Source: Octopus vulgaris
Lineage: Eukaryota
DNA: 64,000 nucleotides
Direction: 5' to 3'
NCBI GenBank assembly: GCA_951406725.2
Contig: OX597814.1
Location: 153,512,001 to 153,576,000, forward strand
Shown here: piece by piece, positions 14,366-25,071 of the stretch
How positions within the stretch are numbered: the stretch's first letter is position 1
Layout of the letters: the number at the start of each line of letters is the position of its first letter
Position numbers and translations under genes: made by a program
The notes under the pieces: model-generated
Told to the model about the DNA's origin: nothing
The model's input: the letters and a program-made list of their open reading frames with translations, nothing else
Database searches by the model: none

Positions 14366-15284
14366 AGATGCAACAAAATATGTTTTAACATATGAGTTAA
14401 TGTTAAGAATCTTGCAAACTGAATACAAAATCAGAAATAGATTCTTTTAGCAGACAACACAAATGGTAAATGAATTGAAGATATATCTGAAGATATTAAA
14501 TTCAAATGAAGGATATTTTCACAAATGACGAGATGTTTGCATTGTAATTAGATGAGTCAACAGATGTAAGTGGGTTAATAGAATTATTAATTTTCATATG
14601 TTTGCTCATAATGACAGAATTATAAATTGTTTCTTAATCATGAGACCTAGGTTCAGTTCCACTGTGTAGCACCTTGGGCAAGTGTCTTCTATTTCAGCCT
14701 CAAGCCGACCAAAGCCTTACAAGTAGATAAGTGAATTTGGTAGATGGAAACTGAATGAAGCCCATGATGTGTATGTGTGTTTGTGTGTAATCTTGTCTTG
14801 ACATCATATGAAAGTTGTAAATAAGTGTTACCATCATACTAGTGATGTTGTTCATTTCTGCTCTTCAATAAAAAAAAAATCACGGGGAAATATTACCAGA
14901 TTTGGAGATAGATAAAGGGTGGCAAAACAAAGGGTATCCAAGTGTAAAAAAAAAGTGCTTCAGCAAATTGTCTGACCCATGCAAGCATGGAAAAGTGGAT
15001 GCTAAATTATGACGATGAGGATGATGAACTCATGCTGCCAAAAAAGATACAATAAAAACTATAAATGAGGAAATGTCTAAAACTTGAGAAAGCTTTTATG
15101 AAGGAAAACAATTTCATCATCATCATCATCATCATCATCATCTTATTTAAAATCCGTTTTCCATGCTGGCATGGGTTGGACAGTTTGACAGGAGTTGCAC
15201 CAGGTTCCACAGTCTATTTTGATTTGGTTTCTACAGCTAAATGCCCTTCCTAACACCAATCACTTTACAGAGTGTACTGGGTGT

Positions 15285-16297
15285 TTCTTATATGGTGCCA
15301 GCACCAGTACCTTTTATGTGGTACCAGCACCAGTGCTTTTCATGTAGTACCAGCACCAGTGATTTTTATGTGGCACCAGCACCAGTGATTTTTATGTGGT
15401 ACCAGCACCAGTACTTTTTATGTGGTACCAGCACCAGTGCTTTTTATGTGGTACCAGCACCAGTGCTTTTTATGTGGTACCAGCACCAGTGCTTTTTATG
15501 TGGTACTAGCACCAGTGCTATGTGGTACCAGCACCAGTGCTTTTTATGTGGTACCAGCACCAGTACTTTTTATGTGGTACCAGCACCAGTGCTTTTTATG
15601 TGGTACCAGCACCAGCGCTTTTTATGTGGTACCAGCATCAGTGCTTTTTATGTAGTACCAGCACCAGTGCTCTTTATGTGGTACCAGCACCAGTGCTTTT
15701 TATGTGGTACCAGCACCAGTACTTTTTATGTGGTACCAGCACCAGTGCTCTTTATGTGGTACCAGCACCAGTACTTTTTATGTAGTACCAGCACCAGTGC
15801 TTTTTATGTGAGGGACATTGGAGATGGTGAGAATAGGTAGTATGTGGTACCAGCACCAGCGCTTTTTATGTGGTACCAGCACCAGTGCTTTTTATGTGGT
15901 ACCAGCACCAGTGCTCTTTATGTGGTACCAGCACCAGCGCTTTTTATGTGGTACCAGCATCAGTGCTTTTTATGTAGTACCAGCACCAGTGCTCTTTATG
16001 TGGTACCAGCACCAGTGCTTTTTATGTGGTACCAGCACCAGTACTTTTTATGTGGTACCAGCACCAGTGCTCTTTATGTGGTACCAGCACCAGTGTTTTT
16101 TATGTGGTACCAGCACCAGTGCTCTTTATGTGGTACCAGCACCAGTGATTTTTATGTGGTACCAGCACCAGTGCTCTTTATGTGGTACCAGCACCAGTGC
16201 TTTTTATGTGGTACCAGCACCAGTGCTTTTATGTGGTACCAGCACCAGTGTTTTTTATGTGGTACCAGCACCAGTACTTTTTATATGGTACCAGCAC
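15285..16297. repeat. 26-bp minisatellite (tttatgtggtaccagcaccagtgctt), roughly 37-39 units, within a family A element
   Basis: Contiguous near-identical units with no unique spacers; one interruption at about 15807-15840. Confidence 0.95.
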
Positions 16298-16660
16298 TGC
16301 TACGGACACCGAGTACCTTGCAAAAGAAAAAAAACCTTCAACTGGGAGGGGGAAGTAGTATTGAGGGTGTGTGACTTTGTGCCAGCTGAGAGATTAAAGA
16401 TATAGAAGGACAGAGATAGGCTGTTGAGTAGACACATGTTGGAAAAGAATAGTGTGCAAGTTAGAGAATAAAATAAAGGGAGCAATAGTGAGAGAGAGAG
16501 AGAGAGAGAGAGAGAAATGATGGTAAAGATGTGTTGGGACATTCATGTGAGGGACATTGGAGGTGGTGAGAATAGGTGAGGTGATACAGAGGTTTGGACT
16601 GGGAGAGTGGGCAGGACTGAGGTAATTAAAGCAAATGATGGCGAAATATATAAAGGAGGA

Positions 16661-16890
16661 TAGGCGGTGAGCTGGCAGAACCATTAGCATGCCGGGCGAA
16701 ATGCATAGCCGTATTTCATCTGCCGTTACGTTCTGAGTTCAAATTCTGCCGAGGTCGACTTTGCTTTTCATCTTTCGGGGTCGATAAATTAAGTACCAGT
16801 TATGCACTGGAGTCGATGTAATCGACTTAATCTGTTTATCTGTCCTTGTTTGTCCCCACTATGTTTAGCCCCTTATGGGTAATAAAGAAA
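16661..16890 (+). mobile_element. SINE family B, full length
   Basis: ggcggtgagctggcagaa...ctgagttcaaattc...aataaagaaa; imperfect TSD atatataa(a/g)ggagg. Confidence 0.85.
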
Positions 16891-17099
16891 CATATATAAG
16901 GGAGGCTTGGGGGTGTGGGGAATTTATAGAAATGGTCAGTCCGACAACTGGAGCATATGCATTACTAGTCTTAGCTTAATGGGTGTCCAATCACACACAC
17001 ATTTCTCTGCAAGAAGAATACCCATTCTGCCTAATCTATCATTGCTGCCCACCAAGAAAAATTTGTATGTATGTTCCTAACCCACAAGCAGTCTAATGT

Positions 17100-17210
17100 G
17101 CAGATGCGTGTACACAGCACACATCTACATGTCTCTGTTCAAGCATTTCAACCATCTTGCCAGATCTACCTTTAATTGTACCAACATTGATTGTTGCAGC
17201 TCTGGGCTTG
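17100..17210 (-). mobile_element. RTE AP-endonuclease N-terminal remnant
   Basis: ATINVGTIKGRSGKMVEMLEQRHVDVCCV resembles T.NV.T..GR...L..R.VD.CC.QE. Confidence 0.7.
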
Positions 17211-18814
17211 TGACTGTGGGAAGCCTGGGAGGGTATGGGGGGGATGTTTTCAGCAACTAGAAAGAAGATCTTTGCGATCACTTGGAGGCAGCAGGTTCAT
17301 GTACTTAGTGTAAGCACACATTGGTTGCAGCATGAATTACAATTTGTAGGAGATAAATTGGATAGCACTATGTACAGATAGTGCACCATCAATGACTGGT
17401 TTATCAAAAAGCTTTAAAACTTTGGCAAAAAAAAAGAAAATAGGACGTACATATTCTAACTACTCATTGCTTTTTATGTCATGAAGCTTGTGTTGTGCAA
17501 ACAACTGGGAGTGAAGCAAAATTAGTTCTGGAACAAGTCAGTAAAATGATCAGTTATATTTAAAGTGGACCTCTTAAATTAAGATTATTTACTCAGCTTT
17601 TTTAAGAGATGGGAGCAAGGTTTTATGACCTTATTTTACATCCTAAAGGTCATTGGCTCTCAAGAGGTCAAGTGCTTTGTTGTGTATATATATCTTGACA
17701 ATAATGTTTAAACTTTTTTTCAAGAGAATCAAACTGTATTTCATGATTTTATCCAAAATGAGCCTTAATGCACAAAATTGGTATATCTTTCTAATATGGG
17801 GAAGCCCGTGTGTGTGTGTGTGTGTGCGCGTGCACACCCGTGTGTATGTGTTTGTGTATTTCTATTTGTATTTGTTACCCCACCTTCTACTTCATGACAT
17901 CTGGTGTTAGTTTCTTCACATCCCAGTCACTTATTGGGTCAACAAAAGAGGCATCAATTCAAATTTATCATAACATGATATGATGCATTGTTAATTATTC
18001 ATATCTAGTGTCCATTTTTCATGCTAGCATGGGTAAGACAGTTTGACTGGGACTGATAAGCTGGAGAGCTGCACAAGGCCCCAGTCTGTTTTGGTTTCCA
18101 CAGCTTGGTTTCTACAGCTTGGTTCCTGGCTTGGTTATCAACAGATAGATGCCCTTCCTAATGTTAACCCCTCCACAGAGTGTACTGGATATTTAAAAAA
18201 AAATTAATACTAAAATGCAAAGGAAGGGAGACTGTATCTTAATGTCATTTGATAAAATTTGCATGGTGGGAGACAAAATAACAATTTGGAAAAGAAAACC
18301 TAAAGAAGAAAATTTTTCAAGTGTTATCCAGAACTGATGAATGCAACTTAAAACGTGATATTAGTTTTAAATCTTTCATTGTTTAACATAACTTGAAAAG
18401 AGAATACATAATTACTTTACAGATATCGAAATAAAAGAAGATGAGTGGATCAGAAAGCCATTTGTTTCAGCTGCATCAAACAACTTTTCACTGATTAAAG
18501 AAGAATTGGTTGAAATAAAAAAACATAATTAGAGTTTATAAATGATATATAAAGAGGATAAATTAGTTTCTGGATTTATGTTTCAGAAAAGAATTCCAAT
18601 ATAGCTAAAGAGGTATTAAAATTACTTCTATGGTTTTCTATTACATACATTTAAATGTAATTTTAACTCTGACATATAAAAAGAACACACTGAAGCACAG
18701 GAGTTAAAAATTGTAAATGATGAAATGCTGGTGTCTTGAATGTCTTCTACTATAACCCTGGGCTGATCAAAGCTTTGAGAGTAAATCTGGTTGATGGAAA
18801 CAATGGGGAAGCCC

Positions 18815-18851
<37 letters not shown>

Positions 18852-19827
18852 CTTTTTCTGTTTGTCCCCCCCCCCCATCTTCTACTGCTTGACATCTGGT
18901 GTTGGTTTGTTTACATCCCTGTCACTTATTGGGTCAGCAAAAGAGGCATCAATTCAAATTTATATAACATGACTATGATGCATTGTTAATTATTCATATC
19001 TAGTACATCTTCAGCTGGATGCCCTTCCTAACTTGGTGTGGTTGGCATTAGGAAGGGCATCCAGCCATAGAAACCGTGCCAAATCAGACTGGAACCTGGT
19101 GCAGCTCTCTGGCTTAACAGTTCCAGTCAAACCATCTCGCCCATGCCAGCATGAAAAGCAGACATTAAATGATGATGAAGATGACGATGATGATGATGAT
19201 GATGAGTATAATTGTGACATCAAAATGATGGTGTATAAGGATTTGCTATTTTATTAAGTAATATGCTGGTTTCGTATTTTGGCACAAGGTCAGTAAGTTT
19301 AAGGAAGGGAGTAAGCCAATTACATTGACCCCAATGCTCAGCTGGTGCTTATTTTATCGACCCCCAAAAAGATGAAAGTCAAAGTCAACCATGCCAGATT
19401 TTATCAAGTAATATGTTGTAAAAACATTTATTTTTAAAATGTATGTCACCAATGCAAACATTTTGGGAAGCTCTGCTCTATGTAAAAGCACATAAATTGG
19501 ATATTCAATGAATAAAAAAAAAATATAATAAATACCAGTCTGAAATAAGCAATGAGGTTGATGTGGTTGATTAAAATCCTTGTAGTCATTGCCCCAGTGT
19601 AGTGGTCACAAGTAGATCACTGAAATGAGTAAAAGACTAAATCTCATCCTTAACACTTAAGCATTCAGATTACTCTGTTAAGTGTAATGTTTATGCATGC
19701 AGTTCCATTATTTAGGCAATGCAGAAACAATATCCCTGCATATCTCACATCTATTTTCATTCCTCCACTTCACTCTCTATTTCATATCTTTTCTAGAGTA
19801 ACTATTGCATAACCATTATCTCACACT

Positions 19828-19875
19828 GTCTCCAATGAAGGGATATATAAAATATCCCAGAAACAGCTGTAAGAC
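19828..19875 (+). ncRNA. Degenerate minimal type I hammerhead ribozyme
   Basis: GUCU | CCAAUGA (from CUGAUGA) | A GGGAUAU-AUAAA-AUAUCCC A | GAAA | CAGCUG palindrome | UA | AGAC. Confidence 0.7.
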
Positions 19876-20092
19876 CTTCTATTTATAAATGTTCTGAAAT
19901 CTTTCACAGCCTTGGATTTTTATCTCATTCTGTTAATTTTTATATATATATACACATACTGATACATGACCTATGTTGACTCCTCATTTGCATAATCACC
20001 GAACCTGGAGCTTAACTATAGTCTGTCCATAGCACTTACTCAGCATTACCTGACACCTTTGGGTCTTCTTGATACCATTACCTCTCATAACC

Positions 20093-20125
<33 letters not shown>

Positions 20126-20174
20126 ACACACGTTATACATATATATATAAATTATATATATGTGTGTGTATATA

Positions 20175-20224
<50 letters not shown>

Positions 20225-20248
20225 TTATACATATATATATAAATTATA

Positions 20249-20287
<39 letters not shown>

Positions 20288-20457
20288 GCATGGCTATGTG
20301 GATAAAGTGTTCACATCATAACCACTTGTTTTGGGGTTCTAATCTTCTGTATAGCATCTTGAATAGGTATCTTCTACCATGCCTGAAGCTGACCACCACT
20401 TTGCAAGCAAAATTTATAAATTCAAGGGAAACTGTATGGAAGCTATGATATATATAT

Positions 20458-20955
20458 ATCATCATCCTCATCATCATCGTTTAACGTCCGTTTTCCGTGC
20501 TAGCACAGGTTGGACGGTTCGACCGGGGTGTGGGAAGCCAGGGGCTGCACCAGGCTCCAGTCTGATCTGGCAGAATTTCTACAACTGGATGCCCTTCCTA
20601 ACGCCAACCACTCCGCGAGTGTAGTGGGTGCTTTTTACGTGCCACCTGCACAGGTGCCAGGTGGGGTCCGGCATCGGCCACGATCGGTTGGTGCTTTTAA
20701 CGTGCCCCCGGCACGGAAGCCAGCCAAGGCGGCGCTGGCAACGGCCACGTTGGGATGGTGCTTTTTATGTGCCACTGGCACAGAAGCCAGTCGGGGCGGC
20801 GCTGGCATCGGCCACGTTCGGATGGTGCTTTTTATGTGCCACCGGCACAGAAGCCAGTCGAGTCGGCGCTGGCTACGGCTACGCTCGGATGGTGCTTTTT
20901 ATGTGCCACCGACACAGGTATCACAACTACTAATTCCATTGATATTTATTTCGAT
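20458..20955 (-). mobile_element. Family A repeat, young GC-rich copy with about 5 internal subrepeats
   Basis: Closely similar to 44360-44750 and related to 25927-26340; (CAT)n tail at left. Confidence 0.85.
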
Positions 20956-20958
20956 ATA

Positions 20959-21042
20959 TATAATCAAAATAAGCAACAAGAATGACTCCGGTAATTTGGT
21001 ACAATATTATTGGAGTCATTCTTGTTGCTTATTTTGATTATA
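20959..21042. repeat. Short perfect inverted repeat (31-bp arms)
   Basis: tataatcaaaataagcaacaagaatgactcc / ggagtcattcttgttgcttattttgattata. Confidence 0.9.
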
Positions 21043-21434
21043 ATCACCCCACAGATATTTATGGATAACACCATACAGAATTCTGGTGCATCTAAATTAA
21101 GTACCATATTCATTTGAATCTAAATTTTTGCTGAACTTATATATATATATATATTCTACATCTTGCGAACCAGCTGTCATATTTCCTCACTGCTGTCAAC
21201 TATAAAACATTCATTTACTCTTGGTCTTCAGAACCAACTGCTACTTCCTGACTGCTATTAACCTCAAAAACAATCTTTTACTGAATGAACATTTTCTTAT
21301 TTCTTTACTGTTATCAACCCAAAAGCAATCTTTTACTCTATATCTTTAGAACTACTTTCTTACTGATATCAAACTCTTGCGCACTTTCTGTTTCATTTTT
21401 TTTTCATTAATTTACACAGACACACACACACACA

Positions 21435-21465
<31 letters not shown>

Positions 21466-21798
21466 TCTCTCTCTCTCTCTCTCTTTTGCTCTATAATTTT
21501 CTGTCATACTCTTTCTTTAACATACTCTCTCAATCTTTTTCTCTCACTCTCATTGTCTCACTCATTAATCTGATACACATCCTCTCTCATACATGCACCA
21601 TTTATTAATAAATCATAATTGTTATATAAATCTTGCTATATTTCCTTTCCATATCTTAAGATTGTTTCCTTTTTATGTCCACATCCACGTTATCTTTTAA
21701 TACACATAAACACATATATAAATATACATTCTTATTCATATTTCGTTTTTGGATTTGGTTTGCAAGATTCTTTATATGATTTCGTGTGTTGAAGCATA

Positions 21799-22089
21799 TT
21801 CTGTTGTGTCTGGGGAGAGTAATTTTCTTTTTGTGCCTTATTATGTAACACACTCACCGGTAAAATATCCACTTTTTTCTTATTTTCATAGTCCTAAAAT
21901 TTTCGTTGCATCTTGCAACCTTTTCAATAGTTTTGACTCTCAATAGTTTTGAGTCAAAACTATTGAAAAGGTTGCAAGATGCAATGAAAATTTTAGGACA
22001 ATAAAAATAAGAAAAAAGTGGAAATTTTATCGGTGAGTGTGTTATAATAAGGCACAAAAAGAAAATTACTCTCCCCAGTCACAACAGAA
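21799..22089. repeat. Near-perfect palindrome (about 140-bp arms, 11-bp spacer) with an HHR-like motif in each arm
   Basis: 21799-21939 vs 21951-22089; right arm GUC-AAAA-CUA|UUGAAAA|G GUUGCA-AGA-UGCAAU|GAAA|AUUU|UAG-GAC. Confidence 0.85.
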
Positions 22090-22498
22090 CATTCTTATTT
22101 AAGATACATATTTACATCTATCCTTATTTAATAGACACACATATTCTCTTTTAATATCTATAAACACATTTCAATTTATTACAAACTGGTGTCCCGTGGG
22201 TTATAACAATGAGAGTTCCAGTTGATTCTATCAATGGAACAGCCTGCTTGAAAAATTAGCATGCAAGTTACTGAGCACTCTACAGGCATGTGTGCCCTTA
22301 AGAAGATTCAGTGTAACACAGAATGTGACATAGCTGGCCCTTTGAAATACAGGTACAACTTATTTTTGCCATTTGAGTGGACTGGAGTAATGTGAAACAA
22401 AGTGCCTTGCTCAAGGATTCAATGTACTATCAGAAATTGAATGCCCTGACCATTAAACCACATACCTATACATTTAGCACAAACATACACAAACATAC

Positions 22499-22733
22499 TT
22501 ATTTCTTTATTGCCAACAAGAGGTTAAACATAGATGGGACAAACAAGGACAGACAAAGGGATTAAGTCGATTACATCGACCACAGTGTGTAAGTGGTACT
22601 TAATTTATCGACCCTGCAAGGATGAAAGGCAAAGTCGACCTTGATGGAATTTGAGCTCAGAACGTAACGGCAGACGAAATACCGCTAAGCATTTCACCCG
22701 GCGTGCTAACAATTCTGCCAGCTCGCCGCCTTC
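22499..22733 (-). mobile_element. SINE family B with 14-bp TSD
   Basis: tacacaaacatact on both sides. Confidence 0.85.
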
Positions 22734-23369
22734 TACACAAACATACTATCACTTAATACATGCAAACATATACAGATTTTCATTCAAGAAGCTTGCTTCC
22801 CAACCACATGGTTTTGAGTTCAGTCCCATTGTGTGGCACCTTGGGCAAGTGTCTTCTACTATAGCCTTGGGTCAACTAAAGCCTTGTGAGTGGATTTGGT
22901 AGACAGAAACTGAAAGAAGCCCATCATATATATCTATATATGTATACACTTATGTGTATGTGTCTTTGTGTCTATGTTTGTCCTGCCATCATTACTTGAT
23001 AACCAATTTTGTTATGTTTAGCAGTTCAACAAAAGTGACCAATAAAATAAATACTAGGCTTACAAAAAATAAGTCCTGGGGTCGATATATTCAACTAAAA
23101 AACCCTTTAAGGCAGTACTCCAGCATGGCTGCAGTTAAATGACTGAAACAAGTAAATGAATAACAGAGTAAAAGAATGTGTGTATTTCTCCTGATTTTTC
23201 CACCAGAAGAGGGCAATATATGTTCTACTTTCAAAGTCTCTAATACTAGAGTGAGAAAAAGGGGAAAGAAACTGGAGATATGATCTGAATGCTTTCAATC
23301 TTGAAGGGAAGTGTAGTGTGATGGATGAAGAGGACAACAGAAGAAGAAGCAATGGGAGAAAGAAATACA

Positions 23370-23640
23370 AAAGGCCTTACCTCGGCGATGATCAGCGGTC
23401 TCTCACGAATTCGACATGTCCTGTCGCTTCATCGTCTATGCTCGAACTGACCCTTCGTCGATGACCACACATGCATCCTGCTTGTCGTCTTCTGCTTCCT
23501 GCGACACATGCACCCTGCAGTATTCTGCCGGCCCCTGCAAGCCCTACTTCCACCCACCTCATCTGTCATCCTCTCCACCAGCACCACATAGCTCATCACA
23601 TCCCATAACAACGACTGCCAACACCACAGGAAGGAAGTAA
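23370..23640 (-). mobile_element. Probable LTR fragment related to 41500-41720
   Basis: GC-rich island; minus strand gtgagagaccgct...gag|gtaag parallels gtgagagaccgct...cag|gtaag at about 41685-41718. Confidence 0.4.
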
Positions 23641-24054
23641 GATGGATGAAACCTACCATTCAGAATACACACAGTCTATCTGATAGACTCTCTGTACAAT
23701 TTCTGTCTATCCAATAATGAAATTGGACAAACCAAAACTTTGTTGCGATAAGTCTATTACAGAGGAATTTACCCAAGGTGTCACAGAATGGGATTAAGCC
23801 TAGAAGAATATTATTGCAAAATAAACTTCTTAACCACACATGTATCCTCTGCCAATATATATGTACAAATTAAAAGATTTATAGAAGAAAATGAAATTGT
23901 GTGATATTCAGATATTTTTTTTAAAATCATTATGAATGAGAGTTGAAATAAAAGTCTACAACCAAGAATTGAACTTGGGTTAGAAACTTGCAAACTCATC
24001 ATCAGGAGGTTACTTAACTTACATCGCACTTGTATTGGTAAATGTGGATATTAA

Positions 24055-24491
24055 TCTATACATATAAAGCTGAAGTTGTCTGTGTGTGGCAGGTTTGGTA
24101 GCCTTCAACTAGCACTATCTCCTCCGAGACCCTGCGGCGGAAGTTGACCAAAATTGAAAGTATGATAGAAAAAGGCTTGCTCTTCATTCCGTAGAAAAAA
24201 ATTCAAATCGGATCATGTTAAGACCAAGAATTATTTACGTCAAAAAGGTGCTTTTTTTTCTATGAAAATCCCTATTTTTTACGATTTTTTGACTGCTGTG
24301 TTGCCATTTTTCAGTATATTTTAACCAGAAAAATTTTTACTTAAAGAGAATAACAAGCTATATAATGCAAAATTTTTACTTTTCAAAAAAAGATTGAAGC
24401 TATGTCAAAACTTTGTTAACGCGACATCAAAGTCTGTCGTTTTAAATGCAACTAAAAAACAAACCTGAGCAACGCCGGGCTATACTGCTAG
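24055..24491 (+). mobile_element. Non-autonomous Helitron
   Basis: 5' a|TCTATACATATAAAG; 3' hairpin cctgagcaacgccggg followed by ...CTAG. Confidence 0.8.
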
Positions 24492-24946
24492 CATAAAATA
24501 TTCATGAAAATGTTTCACTATCAGAGACAAACTACCTTGATGTAAAATAGTAATGGAATCTATTTCTTCTGTTCTCTTAATGAAGCAAGTTGTGTTATGT
24601 TCCTTACCTAAGGTTTGAAGTCAATATATTATCAATAATAAGCTTCACCTTGTACTTATATAAATTACAAAAATTGTATGATTTTTGTCTTTCAGTCTTG
24701 ATTTTCATTTTTGTAATTCTGTTTTTTATGTCCACTTTTCAATGCTTGCATAATGGGTCAGACACATTTCATTGAGGCAGATTTTTCTGTGGCAGGATGC
24801 CCTTCCTATTACCAACCCTTACCTCTTTCCAAACAAGGGGATATTTCCCTATGGCCTGGCATGTTTTTGCAGAATACTAGAAATGAAGTACATTCATTTT
24901 GCAGCAATCACACAATGTCAGAACAAGGAGACACAAACATATACAC

Positions 24947-25071
<125 letters not shown>

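Larger units (their letters stand above)
13000..18700 (+). mobile_element. Fragmented hAT (Buster/Charlie, ZBED5/SCAND3-like) transposase fossil with nested insertions
   Basis: In order: ESMVPNKLNCHFTSKH (about 13110), FAL*LDESTDVSG (about 14535), CTDSAPSMTG (about 17372), THCFLCHEA (about 17462), HWLSRGQVL (about 17651), WIRKPF (about 18446), FW..V......IAKEVLKLLL.F..TY (about 18568). Confidence 0.85.

Noticed and set aside
15285-16297. CRISPR-like array of partly palindromic 26-bp repeats
   Set aside because: Units are contiguous with no unique spacers, there are no cas genes, and the unit derives from a eukaryotic retroelement
15241-16405. Long ORFs (176-199 aa) with repeated MWYQHQCFLCGTSTSAFYVVPAPVLF
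   Set aside because: By-product of a stop-free 26-bp minisatellite cycling through all frames
16661-16750. tRNA genes (A/B-box-like motifs here and at 34490-34568, 55960-56040)
   Set aside because: These are SINE heads followed by SINE bodies, tails and TSDs; no complete cloverleaf
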